From contig CAZPMS010000006.1 of the NCBI GenBank assembly GCA_964588165.1, positions 3,425-67,424 of the forward strand: DNA of 64,000 nucleotides, given 5' to 3'. Source of the stretch: an uncultured Gammaproteobacteria bacterium. GTDB taxonomy: Bacteria > Patescibacteriota > Patescibacteriia > UBA1558 > UBA10009. A model generated the notes under the pieces. It saw only the letters and a list, made by a program, of their open reading frames with translations. It had not been told where the DNA came from and searched no databases. Positions 35,285 to 44,309 of the stretch are shown here, in pieces. Both the position numbers and the translations under genes were made by a program. Numbering within the stretch: position 1 is the first letter of the stretch; each line of letters opens with the position of its first letter.

Positions 35285-36139
35285 TTAAATATTAAATAAA
35301 TTGGCTTTTTTTTCAACTACTTGGCTTACTGCTTCTATAGAAGGTTTTATAACTTCACGGGGGTCAACTAAATTCCCTTCCATTTTTATAGTTTGTTTTA
35401 AACTATTGGTAAAGGCAATTCTTAAATCGGTATCCACATTAATTACCCTAACGCCGCCGCCGATTGCCTTTTTAACTTGTTTATCTTCTACGCCAGAACC
35501 GCCATGCAGAACAATGGGAATATCAATTTCCTTAGTTATTTTTTTTAATCTGGCAAAATCAATATTTTCTTCTCCTACAAAATTACCATGCATGCTGCCA
35601 ATAGAAACAGCTACAGTATTAACCCCTGTTCTTTCTATAAATTCCTTAATCTGTTCTGGATTTGTCATTAACTTTTTTAAATCTTCTCCTTGCTGCATCT
35701 TTATAAGCCCTTCTTTGCCGTAAATGTTGCCCAATTCTCCTTGAACCCAAACTCCTTTTTCTTTAGCTATTTCCACTGCTTCTTTGGTTAGCTTTATATT
35801 TTCTTCAAAAGAATACTCTGAAGCGTCCATGTGGACAGAAGAAAAACCCAGTTCAACACAAGCCCTTAGAACTTCCAAATTTTTACCGTGATCTAAATGA
35901 ATGGCTATAGGCACATCTCCACTTTCTTTTTCTATGGTCTTCTTAATTAAACAGTACAAAGCCTCTAAACCGGCATACTTTATGGATTTTTCAGTAACTT
36001 GAATAATAGCGGGTAAATTTGACTTCTTTATTCCACTGACAATACCTTGGGTAACTTCTAAATTAAAAGTATTAAAAGCGCCTGCTGCTGTTTGGTTTTT
36101 TACTTTTTCTTCAACTATTTCTTTAATATGAGTTAACAT
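35285..36139 (-). CDS. fba: class II fructose-bisphosphate aldolase
   Basis: 284 aa with the HLDHG, SVHMDAS and VLHGGSG motifs. Confidence 0.9.
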   Translation of the reverse strand: MLTHIKEIVEEKVKNQTAAGAFNTFNLEVTQGIVSGIKKSNLPAIIQVTEKSIKYAGLEALYCLIKKTIEKESGDVPIAIHLDHGKNLEVLRACVELGFSSVHMDASEYSFEENIKLTKEAVEIAKEKGVWVQGELGNIYGKEGLIKMQQGEDLKKLMTNPEQIKEFIERTGVNTVAVSIGSMHGNFVGEENIDFARLKKITKEIDIPIVLHGGSGVEDKQVKKAIGGGVRVINVDTDLRIAFTNSLKQTIKMEGNLVDPREVIKPSIEAVSQVVEKKANLFNI

Positions 36140-36170
36140 AATATGATGATTGAAAACTGTTGATTGATGA

Positions 36171-36186
36171 TTGATGAATAATGATT
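36171..36186 (-). repeat. 16-nt upstream motif AATCATTATTCATCAA (copy 1, before fba)
   Basis: Exact 16-mer (plus strand ttgatgaataatgatt), also at 42099-42114 and 47831-47846. Each lies 10-32 nt upstream of a minus-strand start codon. Confidence 0.6.
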
Positions 36187-36223
36187 AAAAACTAATCAAT
36201 CATTAATTTTTAATTATTAGTTA

Positions 36224-36988
36224 TTAGCTCTGTTTAACTAATTCAATAAATGTATCCGGCTTTAATGAAGCTCCACCAACTAAAATACCGTCCACCGTTG
36301 GCTGAGAAGTAAAACTGTTAACATTTTCCGGGTTAACACTGCCGCCATAAGTGATGCTGGTTTTCTTATCGGCAATCTCTAAAGATAATTTATCCAATAA
36401 AACCTGCCGTATTACCCTGTTAGTATGTTCTGCTTCTTCTGCCTGAACAGCCTGGCCAGAACCAATTACCCAAACAGGTTCGTAAGCAATTACCAAATAA
36501 TCATCCGATAAAATTTTAACATCTGCCAATGCCTTATTAATCTGCTCCATAATCACAAAATCTTTTCTGCCTTCTTTCCTTTGTTCAAAAGTTTCACCCA
36601 CGCAGATAATGGGAATTAAATTATTTTTAAGGGCAGACAAAACCTTTTTATTAACCATTTCATCTGTTTCTTTTAAATACTGCCTCCTTTCGGAATGGCC
36701 AACAATAACATATTTACAACCCAGCTCCTTTAAAACTTTAGGTGAAACTTCGCCGGTAAAAGCGCCTTCATCGTCCCAAAAGCAATTTTGGGCGCCTAAA
36801 GATACTTTATTTGAATTTTTTACAACCTCGCCAATGGAAGCGATTGAATCAAAAGTTGGACACAGTATAACTTCCACTTTTCCTTCTGACCATTCATTTT
36901 CTTTTTCTACAATTTCTTCTGCCAGCTTAAGGCTTTCGGAAGGTTTAAGATTCATTTTCCAATTAGCAATTATAATTGTTTTTTTCAT
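36224..36988 (-). CDS. tpiA: triosephosphate isomerase
   Basis: 254 aa. IIANWKMN, VGHSERR, AYEPVWVIGSG. Confidence 0.95.
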   Translation of the reverse strand: MKKTIIIANWKMNLKPSESLKLAEEIVEKENEWSEGKVEVILCPTFDSIASIGEVVKNSNKVSLGAQNCFWDDEGAFTGEVSPKVLKELGCKYVIVGHSERRQYLKETDEMVNKKVLSALKNNLIPIICVGETFEQRKEGRKDFVIMEQINKALADVKILSDDYLVIAYEPVWVIGSGQAVQAEEAEHTNRVIRQVLLDKLSLEIADKKTSITYGGSVNPENVNSFTSQPTVDGILVGGASLKPDTFIELVKQS

Positions 36989-37007
36989 AATATTAAAATT
37001 TAAATTT

Positions 37008-37472
37008 TTAGAAAAAACTAAATATTCCCAAAGTTGCCAAAACCACCAAAACTGCGGAAAGGATAAGGCCGGTTATAATCAATAATAAAGCTCTATTTTT
37101 TGGAATGTCAAACAAATATGCGATTATAGCACCGGTCCAAAAGCCGGATCCTGGCAAAGGCACGGCCACAAATAAAATTAACGCCCACTGGCCATACTTC
37201 GTATATTTCTTTACCGCCCTATCTCTGGTTTTTTCAAAAATCCAGTTAAAAAATCTTTCTAAAAAACCAATATGCTTAGATAATAACTTAACCGCCGGAT
37301 CAATAAACTTAAGCAACAAATAACTGCCGATAAAACTGCCCAAAAGCGACCAAAGAACAGCTTGAAAAACAGACATTTTATAAACAACTATAGCCACAGG
37401 AATAGAAGCCCTAATTTCCCCTATAGGCAAAGCTGAAAGTAAAATTGTTAGTATTTCTGGTGGTAAATTCAT
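37008..37472 (-). CDS. small multidrug-export-like membrane protein (COG2426-like)
   Basis: 154 aa, 4 TM helices, N-terminal LPIGEIRASIPVA motif. Confidence 0.55.
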   Translation of the reverse strand: MNLPPEILTILLSALPIGEIRASIPVAIVVYKMSVFQAVLWSLLGSFIGSYLLLKFIDPAVKLLSKHIGFLERFFNWIFEKTRDRAVKKYTKYGQWALILFVAVPLPGSGFWTGAIIAYLFDIPKNRALLLIITGLILSAVLVVLATLGIFSFF

Positions 37473-37558
37473 CTTTAAAATAGCTTAAATTGCTAAATAT
37501 GTAAACATTTTAGGAGGTAAGGATGTTAGAAGGTTAGTTAAACCGACATCTTAGCATT

Positions 37559-38485
37559 CTAACTTTCTGACATACTAGTTTCTGGCCAATAATAGTTATC
37601 AAACGACCATTGTGATAAGGCTTTCACCTCTTGGAAACGGCTATCTTCTGTTTCGCTGCCTAAAACAACCACTAAAACCTCATGGCCATTATTATCAATA
37701 TTGCTTACTAAGCAGTAACCGGCTTCATCCAAAAAACCTGTTTTTCCGGAAACCACATTAAGGTAACTATTTAATAACCGGTCGGTATTTTTTAAGGTGT
37801 AGTTTCTGGGGGCATTTATGATGCTAAACTTATATTCTTTCTGTTTAGTGGCTGCCGCAATATCCGGTTGGCTTAAAGCCGTTTGGGCAAGTTTGATTAT
37901 ATCAAAGGCAGTAGAAACATTAGCGGGATCCAACCCAGTTGGTTCAAAAAAAATTGAATCAGACATGCCCAATTCTTGAGCCTTCTGGTTCATGGCTTCT
38001 ACAAACCCTTCTTCTGTAAGGCCAGTGGACCTTGCCAAAGCCATAGTTGAATTATTGGATGAAGCAACCAGCGAAGCATTAAACAAATCCTTTACATACA
38101 TTTTTTCTCCATTATAAACTCTTACTCGGCCACCTTCTCTGGAATCTGATTCTTGAATTGTAACTTCCGTTTGCCAGCCGGGATTATTATCCAAAAAAAC
38201 CAAAGCTGTCATTAATTTAGTAATACTGGCAATTGGACGGGCTTCTTCCGGGTTCTTCTGCCACAAAATAGAGTTGGTTCTTTTATCCACTACCATAGCC
38301 GAGGCAGCAGATATTTTTATACCCAAGGAACTACTATTTAATCTGTAAGGAGCATCTTTTTTATAAACAGCGCTGATTAAATTAATATTGCCTTCAACAT
38401 TGCTATCAATCGTTTGGGTAACAATGGCCGGTAAGGTAACCAGGCTATATAAACCTATTAAATTAGCTAAGATAGATAGTAACAT
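37559..38485 (-). CDS. D-alanyl-D-alanine carboxypeptidase (S11, PBP5/6-like)
   Basis: SITKLMT (SxxK), SSNN (SxN) and KTGF (KTG) motifs in the right order. Confidence 0.8.
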   Translation of the reverse strand: MLLSILANLIGLYSLVTLPAIVTQTIDSNVEGNINLISAVYKKDAPYRLNSSSLGIKISAASAMVVDKRTNSILWQKNPEEARPIASITKLMTALVFLDNNPGWQTEVTIQESDSREGGRVRVYNGEKMYVKDLFNASLVASSNNSTMALARSTGLTEEGFVEAMNQKAQELGMSDSIFFEPTGLDPANVSTAFDIIKLAQTALSQPDIAAATKQKEYKFSIINAPRNYTLKNTDRLLNSYLNVVSGKTGFLDEAGYCLVSNIDNNGHEVLVVVLGSETEDSRFQEVKALSQWSFDNYYWPETSMSES

Positions 38486-38855
38486 TAAAAGGTCCTTTAA
38501 TTAAATAAAAAATACTTTTAAAATCAGTAAAGATTAAAGAGAGCCATAACAGAATAATTCCAATTATTGATAAGTTTATAATCATAAAAATAAACATCCA
38601 AACAGCTGCCACATAATTGGTTTTTAACAAAGTCTTGGCAATTGGACGTGCCGTTAATATAATCAACACAACAACTAAAATTATATAAAAAAACTTTAAA
38701 GCAATCTGCAAATTATTCATCCCTATATTGTTAAGCAGACGTGATAGGACAAATAAAACAATCCAGCCAATAATAGCTACTACATAAACTTTAACGCTTT
38801 CAGCTAAAGAAATCTGCCATAGTCTTTTTAATTTATTTTGATACTTTTTACTCAT
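38463..38855 (-). CDS. hypothetical membrane protein
   Basis: 130 aa, 3-4 hydrophobic helices. Overlaps the next gene by 23 nt. Confidence 0.45.
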   Translation of the reverse strand: MSKKYQNKLKRLWQISLAESVKVYVVAIIGWIVLFVLSRLLNNIGMNNLQIALKFFYIILVVVLIILTARPIAKTLLKTNYVAAVWMFIFMIINLSIIGIILLWLSLIFTDFKSIFYLIKGPFNVTIYLS

Positions 38856-38976
38856 ATGATTTTTCGTCAGCGGTTAGCGAAAAGTCTGCGAAAGTTCGTG
38901 CGATATGTGATGTTAGCGAATTACGCATACCGCGCTGACACAACTGACCAATCGCAAACCGCGAACAATAATTTAT

Positions 38977-39579
38977 TTATTGATCACTACTTACCTCCAC
39001 CTTAACAACCTTATCTTCTTTTGCTTCTTGCTGGCTGACTTTACTATCCAGCAATTTATGTAAATTCTCATCACTATTTAGTTTTTCAAAATCGGGCAAA
39101 TCTACCACTGAATTTATGCCTAAGTGTTTAAGGAAGTCCATAGTGACTGAATAAACGGTTACGCCTTTTTGCTTGCTGTATTCCGCTTCTACCAAACCTC
39201 TAATCATTAAGTTCCTTAAGATTAGGCTGCAGTTAACGCCCCTTATCTGTTCCATTTCGGCTTTGGATACCGGCTGACGGTAAGCAACTATAGTCAAAGT
39301 TTCCAATGAAGGTTCTGTTAGTTCACCGGTTATATCATCTTTTAAATAAGTTTTAACCAAATCGGCATTGGCTGGATTAGAAGCCAGCTGGACTGAATTA
39401 TTATTTTTAATCAGCCTGATTCCCCCGCCATTTTGGTTGTATTCCTGATTTAACTGGACTAAAACTTCTTCTATCTTTTTTGGTTTAACTTTTAATATTT
39501 CTGCCAGTTTTTTTACGGAAATTGGTTTTGAAGTTACCAGTAATATACTTTCCAGTTGTGACTTTAATTGGTCTGACAT
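38977..39579 (-). CDS. scpB: segregation and condensation protein B
   Basis: LESILLVTSKPISVKKLAEIL..., two wHTH-like halves. Downstream of scpA. Confidence 0.85.
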   Translation of the reverse strand: MSDQLKSQLESILLVTSKPISVKKLAEILKVKPKKIEEVLVQLNQEYNQNGGGIRLIKNNNSVQLASNPANADLVKTYLKDDITGELTEPSLETLTIVAYRQPVSKAEMEQIRGVNCSLILRNLMIRGLVEAEYSKQKGVTVYSVTMDFLKHLGINSVVDLPDFEKLNSDENLHKLLDSKVSQQEAKEDKVVKVEVSSDQ

Positions 39580-39600
39580 TTTAATTATTGATTATTTATT

Positions 39601-40314
39601 TTAATTATCATCTTGATGGCCATTTTTTTGAACAGTAATATCAGTAAATAAACCGCTCTGATCTACACTGATGGTTCGCTGTTTAACCAACTCCAGCATA
39701 GCTAAAAATGAAACTATCACTTCTGTTTTATCACCATTATTTAAAATATTCTTAAAGTTAAAAGAAAACTTTTCCATAATCATATTTTTTATATGTTTGA
39801 TCTTCTCGCCGATGGAAATAGTTTTTTTAATAACATCTTTAGGCAAATTTACAATTGGCTCTAATCTTTTTACAATTCTTTCAAATATTAATCCTAAATC
39901 CTTGGACCTTAGCTTTTCCGGTGGACTAAACCTAGGTGTAAATACCCTAATTGGCTTAGCTCTAGTAAACATAAAGCTCTCTTGCTTAAGCATCTGTTTT
40001 ATTTTTTTTGAAGCATCAAAATATTCTTTATAAATTTTTAGCTGGCGTTCCAAGGAACCCTCGTCTTCATCTTCAAAATCCAAACTTGGCATTAAAACTT
40101 TTGACTTTAATAGTAGAAGTTTTGAGGCAACAACTAAAAAGTCTGCCACCTCGCCCGGATTCATTTCTTCTGCTTCATTTACATAAGTAATAAACTGGTC
40201 AGCTACTTTAGCCAAAGAAACTTCCGTAATATCCATTTCCTGGTCTTCTATCAATTTCAATAAAAGGTCCAGAGGACCCTCAAATTGTTCCAGTTGTATT
40301 TTATATGTTGACAT
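39601..40314 (-). CDS. scpA: segregation and condensation protein A
   Basis: MSTYKIQLEQFEGPLDLLLKLIEDQEMDITEVSLAKVADQF. I prefer the ATG at 40314 over the track's TTG at 40329. Confidence 0.85.
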   Translation of the reverse strand: MSTYKIQLEQFEGPLDLLLKLIEDQEMDITEVSLAKVADQFITYVNEAEEMNPGEVADFLVVASKLLLLKSKVLMPSLDFEDEDEGSLERQLKIYKEYFDASKKIKQMLKQESFMFTRAKPIRVFTPRFSPPEKLRSKDLGLIFERIVKRLEPIVNLPKDVIKKTISIGEKIKHIKNMIMEKFSFNFKNILNNGDKTEVIVSFLAMLELVKQRTISVDQSGLFTDITVQKNGHQDDN

Positions 40315-40484
40315 ATCGCAAAAACGCAAAAAATTGAAAACGCAAAATTTTTCTACTATATTTTTGCGTCAAAAGTTGTTTACAACTCTTTTAATCTCCA
40401 ATGTTGGTTTGGAAAAATTTAATAATAATCCTAATTTCAATCCAGTTGTTTTTAAATATGATAATAACTGCGCTTTATGTACAG

Positions 40485-41048
40485 TTATCTTTTCTTTTTC
40501 ACTTTAGTATTTTTTCTCTTTGGCTTTTTTGTGGTTCTGCGTTTTTGCGCTTTTGCGGTCTTCGCGCCTTTGCGTTTAATCTTCTTTATTTCTGAAAATA
40601 GATGGACTATTGGCTCTTCCAACTTTTTATAATCATTAACTGTCATTTTGATGCTTTCCACCAATGAACCTCCGGAAAAAATTACTTTCTTTACTTTGTC
40701 AAAACCCTTATCTAGAATAACTTCAACTTTATGGATAGAACCAAATCCGGTTAATGAACCGGGCTTAATTTTAAAAGCTTTAATAAGTTCCGCTTCTTTT
40801 GGAATAACCACTTTTTTGGCCTTAAGGGCTTTTTTTAATTTAGATAAATTTACGTTCTTGTCTGAAGCCAAAATTAACAAATAATAGTTCTTATCAGCTT
40901 TAACAACTAATGACTTGGCGATTTCATCTAATTTGACTTTAAGAGTTGCCGCAGCATCAAAGGCAGTATAAACTTTTTTATGCGGTACAATTTCGTATTT
41001 TACTTTTTTATCATCTAAATGTTTTAGCACTTTCTTTGAAGTTGACAT
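40485..41048 (-). CDS. YbaK/aminoacyl-tRNA deacylase-domain protein with a Lys/Arg-rich C-terminal tail
   Basis: The YbaK-like core covers ~150 aa. The last ~35 aa (KKIKRKGAKTAKAQKRRTTKKPKRKNTKVKKKR) are encoded by a reiterated CGCAAAA-type word tract. Confidence 0.7.
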   Translation of the reverse strand: MSTSKKVLKHLDDKKVKYEIVPHKKVYTAFDAAATLKVKLDEIAKSLVVKADKNYYLLILASDKNVNLSKLKKALKAKKVVIPKEAELIKAFKIKPGSLTGFGSIHKVEVILDKGFDKVKKVIFSGGSLVESIKMTVNDYKKLEEPIVHLFSEIKKIKRKGAKTAKAQKRRTTKKPKRKNTKVKKKR

Positions 41049-41064
41049 ATATTTTAATTTAATT

Positions 41065-41123
41065 ATCTGCGGAATATCTGCGTGTCATCTGCGCCTGCCC
41101 GCCTATTGCGGGGTCAATCTGCG
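41065..41123 (+). repeat. phased heptamer array D (ATCTGCG x4) interrupted by a GC hairpin
   Basis: ATCTGCG at 41065, 41076, 41087 and 41117 (spacing 11, 11, 30). The CCCGC-CTATT-GCGGG hairpin lies between them. The array is 17-75 nt upstream of the minus-strand start at 41048. Confidence 0.75.
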
Positions 41124-41429
41124 TTATCTTTTTCCCTTTTTAAATTGAAAACTTTTTTGTTCGCCTAATAACTTTTTAGCAATTAAACGACCTTTAGGTG
41201 TTAGGCTTACTTCTTTAATAAACCACTTATGCTGAGTTCTTTGGCCATAACCGACCATTAAACCCTTATCAATTAATCTATCTATGCTTTTTGAAATTAT
41301 TTTAACCTGTTCTAATTTTGATGGAGTTTTTTTGCCGTTGTAATATTTATGGTAACGGCTGCGTAAAATCTTATTCCTTTGCCCAAAACTTTCTTTAAGT
41401 ATAAATTTTTGTAGGGCTGAAAGCTTCAT
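41124..41429 (-). CDS. hypothetical small basic protein (possible wHTH)
   Basis: 101 aa, Lys/Arg-rich. ATGA overlap with the upstream HD gene. Confidence 0.45.
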   Translation of the reverse strand: MKLSALQKFILKESFGQRNKILRSRYHKYYNGKKTPSKLEQVKIISKSIDRLIDKGLMVGYGQRTQHKWFIKEVSLTPKGRLIAKKLLGEQKSFQFKKGKR

Positions 41430-42088
41430 GCTAATTTAAATTTATTTATTTCTAAGCTGAATTTATAACCTAAATATTCTGCCGAATGCCGACAATAAAC
41501 CATCCTGGCGGTAAATATTTCAAAATAATTCATTGGCTGGGTAAACTTGGTATCAATTGTTAAATCAAGAGTGATGGTTTTTTTGCCATTATTTATTTTA
41601 AGTTGGTTGTCCTTAACAGCATAATTAACTCGGTCATGGATATCCGCTTTTATTTTATCCATCTTTTTAGTTAAAACCCGGCTACGATGAACATCGGACT
41701 TATCGGCAATTATGGCAGCTGCAGAAACTTTACTCATTATATTTATATCTTCTTTATCATGGGCCACAATGGCTTCCATAATGTCAGAAACCTGTTTAAC
41801 ATCTTTGTTATTGCCAAAAACCTGATGGAATAAAAGCCCAGCCCAATAATGATGGTAAGTCCTGCCTAAAAAATTACCCATATCATGGCAATAGCCGGCT
41901 ATCTTGGAATTTTCCGTATCAACTTTGCTAAACTTTAAATTCCTGGCAATTTTTCCTGCCCTATCGGCCACAATGCCCACGTGCCTAAAACCATGGTCAG
42001 TATAACCAATATCTTTTAAATATCCAGCTGACTGTTTTATAAACTGCTGGATTTGCGGATTAGCTTTTACTTGTTCAAAGGTTATCAT
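41426..42088 (-). CDS. HD-domain phosphohydrolase
   Basis: 220 aa. H..HD pattern (FRHVGIV...GYCHDMGN). Confidence 0.75.
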   Translation of the reverse strand: MITFEQVKANPQIQQFIKQSAGYLKDIGYTDHGFRHVGIVADRAGKIARNLKFSKVDTENSKIAGYCHDMGNFLGRTYHHYWAGLLFHQVFGNNKDVKQVSDIMEAIVAHDKEDINIMSKVSAAAIIADKSDVHRSRVLTKKMDKIKADIHDRVNYAVKDNQLKINNGKKTITLDLTIDTKFTQPMNYFEIFTARMVYCRHSAEYLGYKFSLEINKFKLA

Positions 42089-42098
42089 GATTTAATAA

Positions 42099-42114
42099 TT
42101 GATGAATAATGATT
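42099..42114 (-). repeat. 16-nt upstream motif AATCATTATTCATCAA (copy 2, before the HD gene)
   Basis: Exact copy, 11 nt upstream of the ATG at 42088. Confidence 0.6.
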
Positions 42115-42123
42115 CATGACTGA

Positions 42124-43506
42124 TTATTTAATCTTTATCCCTAATTCTTTAAGTTGGTCTTTATCCACTTCCGATGGTGAATCCATCAATGGATCTCTAT
42201 TATCAGAAGTTTTTGGAAAAGCCATTACTTCTCTTATGCTGGTTTCGCCCGCTAAAATTGCGATTAATCTATCTAGGCCAAAAGCAATACCTCCATGAGG
42301 CGGAACACCATATTTGAAAGCCTCTAAAAGATGTCCAAACTTATCTTTAATTTCCTTATCTTTATGGCCTAAAACTTCAAAAATTTTATAAAGAATTTTA
42401 GGATCAGAAGTTCTAATAGAGCCGCCGGCAATTTCTTGGCCGTTTAAGGCTAAATCATATTGTAGGGCCCTAACATCTTTTAAGTCACCTTTTTCTACTT
42501 TATCTAAATCTTCGGAATTAATAGCGGTAAAAGGATGATGAGCTGCACCCCAACGCTTATCGCCTTCTTTATATTCAAACATCGGAAAATCAGTTACCCA
42601 AACAAAGGCTAATTCATTATCATCTTCTTTGTTTTTTCTAACATCTGGCTTGTCAGACTTATACTTTTCTATAGCTTCTTTATGTGTCATTCTAGAAATA
42701 CTCATTTTGGCTTCTGGCTTAACTTTGGCAACAACTGACTTTATCAATTTTTCTATCAAAGAAATAATTTCTTTTTGATTTACAAAGCTCATTTCCATAT
42801 CCAGTTGAGTAAATTCCGCTTGCCTATCGCCTCTTTGGTCTTCATCTCTAAAACATCTAACTATTTGAAAATATTTTTCCATCCCGGCAATCATTAACAT
42901 CTGTTTGTACTGTTGTGGGCTTTGAGGCAAAGCATAAAAATTTCCTTTAAAATTTCTTGAAGGAACTAAAAAATCTCTTGCGCCTTCGGGTGTAGACTTA
43001 GAAAGAAATGGGGTTTCTATTTCTAAAAAATCTTCTTTATAAAAGAATTCTCTAATAGTTTTAATAACTTCGTGCCTTAATTTAATATTTTTCTGCATTC
43101 TTTCATGCTTTAAGTCTAAATATCTGTATTTAAGCCTAAGTTCTTCGTTAGCTTGCCTATCTTCATTATCAATCTCAAATGGCGGAGTTACTGCTTCTGA
43201 TAAGATTTTGACTTGCTTAGCCAATACCTCAACTGTACCGGTTGGTATATCTTTATTAACCTGCTTATCACCTCTTTTATTGACGGTGCCGTTTATTTCT
43301 AAAACATATTCAGGTTTTATGTTCTTGATAATTTCGGCTGAATCTTTATCCAGTTCTGATGGCACCAGGACAACCTGAACAATGGCAGATTTATCTCTAA
43401 GGTCTACAAACATTATCTTGCCCATTTTCCGGACGCTATGCGCCCAGCCGGCCAGCAAAACTTCTTTATTAATTTGTTTAGTTGTTTCTATATTATTTAT
43501 TTTCAT
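42124..43506 (-). CDS. aspS: aspartate--tRNA ligase (compact form without the large insertion domain)
   Basis: 460 aa. OB-fold N-terminus, class II motif 2 FRDEDQRGDRQAEFTQLDMEMSF, motif 3 GGIAFGLDRL. Confidence 0.92.
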   Translation of the reverse strand: MKINNIETTKQINKEVLLAGWAHSVRKMGKIMFVDLRDKSAIVQVVLVPSELDKDSAEIIKNIKPEYVLEINGTVNKRGDKQVNKDIPTGTVEVLAKQVKILSEAVTPPFEIDNEDRQANEELRLKYRYLDLKHERMQKNIKLRHEVIKTIREFFYKEDFLEIETPFLSKSTPEGARDFLVPSRNFKGNFYALPQSPQQYKQMLMIAGMEKYFQIVRCFRDEDQRGDRQAEFTQLDMEMSFVNQKEIISLIEKLIKSVVAKVKPEAKMSISRMTHKEAIEKYKSDKPDVRKNKEDDNELAFVWVTDFPMFEYKEGDKRWGAAHHPFTAINSEDLDKVEKGDLKDVRALQYDLALNGQEIAGGSIRTSDPKILYKIFEVLGHKDKEIKDKFGHLLEAFKYGVPPHGGIAFGLDRLIAILAGETSIREVMAFPKTSDNRDPLMDSPSEVDKDQLKELGIKIK

Positions 43507-43519
43507 ATTTTACCTCTAC

Positions 43520-43600
43520 GTCATTCCGAGCGAGGCTAAACCCTCGCCTTAACGTTTAAATTATTAAAAAATTGTTTAACGAAGAATTCAGCTTATCATT
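43520..43600. mobile_element. degenerate GTCAT-TIR MITE (copy 3)
   Basis: The left arm GTCATTCCGAGCGAGGCTAAACCCTCGCCTTAACG is clear. The right arm TAACGAAGAATTCAGCTTATCATT is only weakly related. Total length is ~81 bp, like the 83-bp copies. Confidence 0.4.
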
Positions 43601-43632
43601 CTAGTTTTTATATTTTTAGTTTTCATAAATTA

Positions 43633-43875
43633 TTACTCAACTGATTGACGTTCAATATCTTCCTCATGACTGGTAACAGTATCGCCCCAATCTCCATCTG
43701 TTTGATCAAGAGTTGGCTTGGTTCCGGTAGCCCTGTCTTTTTTAGGGGGTTGTTGAGTATCTTCCAAAAAAGCAGCGGCAACCTCCGGATCATTTGGTAC
43801 ACCAGATTGATCTAATAAATCTTTAGCCTCTGGTGGTATCTCCCCTCCGTTTTCAAATGATTTTCCGTCAAACAT
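43633..43875 (-). CDS. hypothetical acidic Pro/Asp/Glu-rich protein
   Basis: 80 aa. Intermediate G+C and no SD. Bracketed by GTCAT-type arms at 43520 and 43924 in the same orientation. Confidence 0.4.
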   Translation of the reverse strand: MFDGKSFENGGEIPPEAKDLLDQSGVPNDPEVAAAFLEDTQQPPKKDRATGTKPTLDQTDGDWGDTVTSHEEDIERQSVE

Positions 43876-43923
43876 ATTTTTATTGGTTAATTAATTATTA
43901 TTTTTTTTGTATTCTACTACTAC

Positions 43924-44299
43924 GCCATTCCGAGCTTGTCGAGGAATCCCGTTATTCCGGAAAGACGATTTTTAAATTCTTATTAACTCGCTTTATTAAA
44001 TCCAATTTTTTAAAACGACTCCATTTTTTTAACTGTTTTTCTCTATCAATCGCTTCAATAATACTTTCATAACTTTCAAAATAAACTAATTCATCAACAT
44101 TATATTTTTTAGTAAATCCTTTTAATTTTAATTGATGTTCATCTAATCTTCTAGCTAAATCATTGGTAACTCCTATATAAATCACTGTTCTCCTATGATT
44201 CATTAAAAAATAGACGTAAAATTCTTTTTGTAACACATTTTAAACTTTCCTACCCTGATACATTTATTAACGGGATCTCTCCACCTTGGTCGAGATGAC
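43924..44299 (-). mobile_element. GTCAT-TIR element carrying a GIY-YIG gene (putative autonomous partner of the 83-bp MITEs)
   Basis: Plus-strand left arm GCCATTCCGAGCTTGTCGAGGAATCCCGTTA (43924-43954). The right arm 44268-44299 reverse-complements to GTCATCTCGACCAAGGTGGAGAGATCCCGTTA. The ORF stop TAA lies inside the left arm. Confidence 0.7.
43952..44236 (-). CDS. small GIY-YIG nuclease-family protein (COG2827-like)
   Basis: 94 aa. FYVYFLMN..VIYIGVTNDLARRLDEH..FTKKYNV..LVYFE. Confidence 0.85.
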   Translation of the reverse strand: MLQKEFYVYFLMNHRRTVIYIGVTNDLARRLDEHQLKLKGFTKKYNVDELVYFESYESIIEAIDREKQLKKWSRFKKLDLIKRVNKNLKIVFPE

Positions 44300-44309
44300 G
44301 TCTGAGAAA

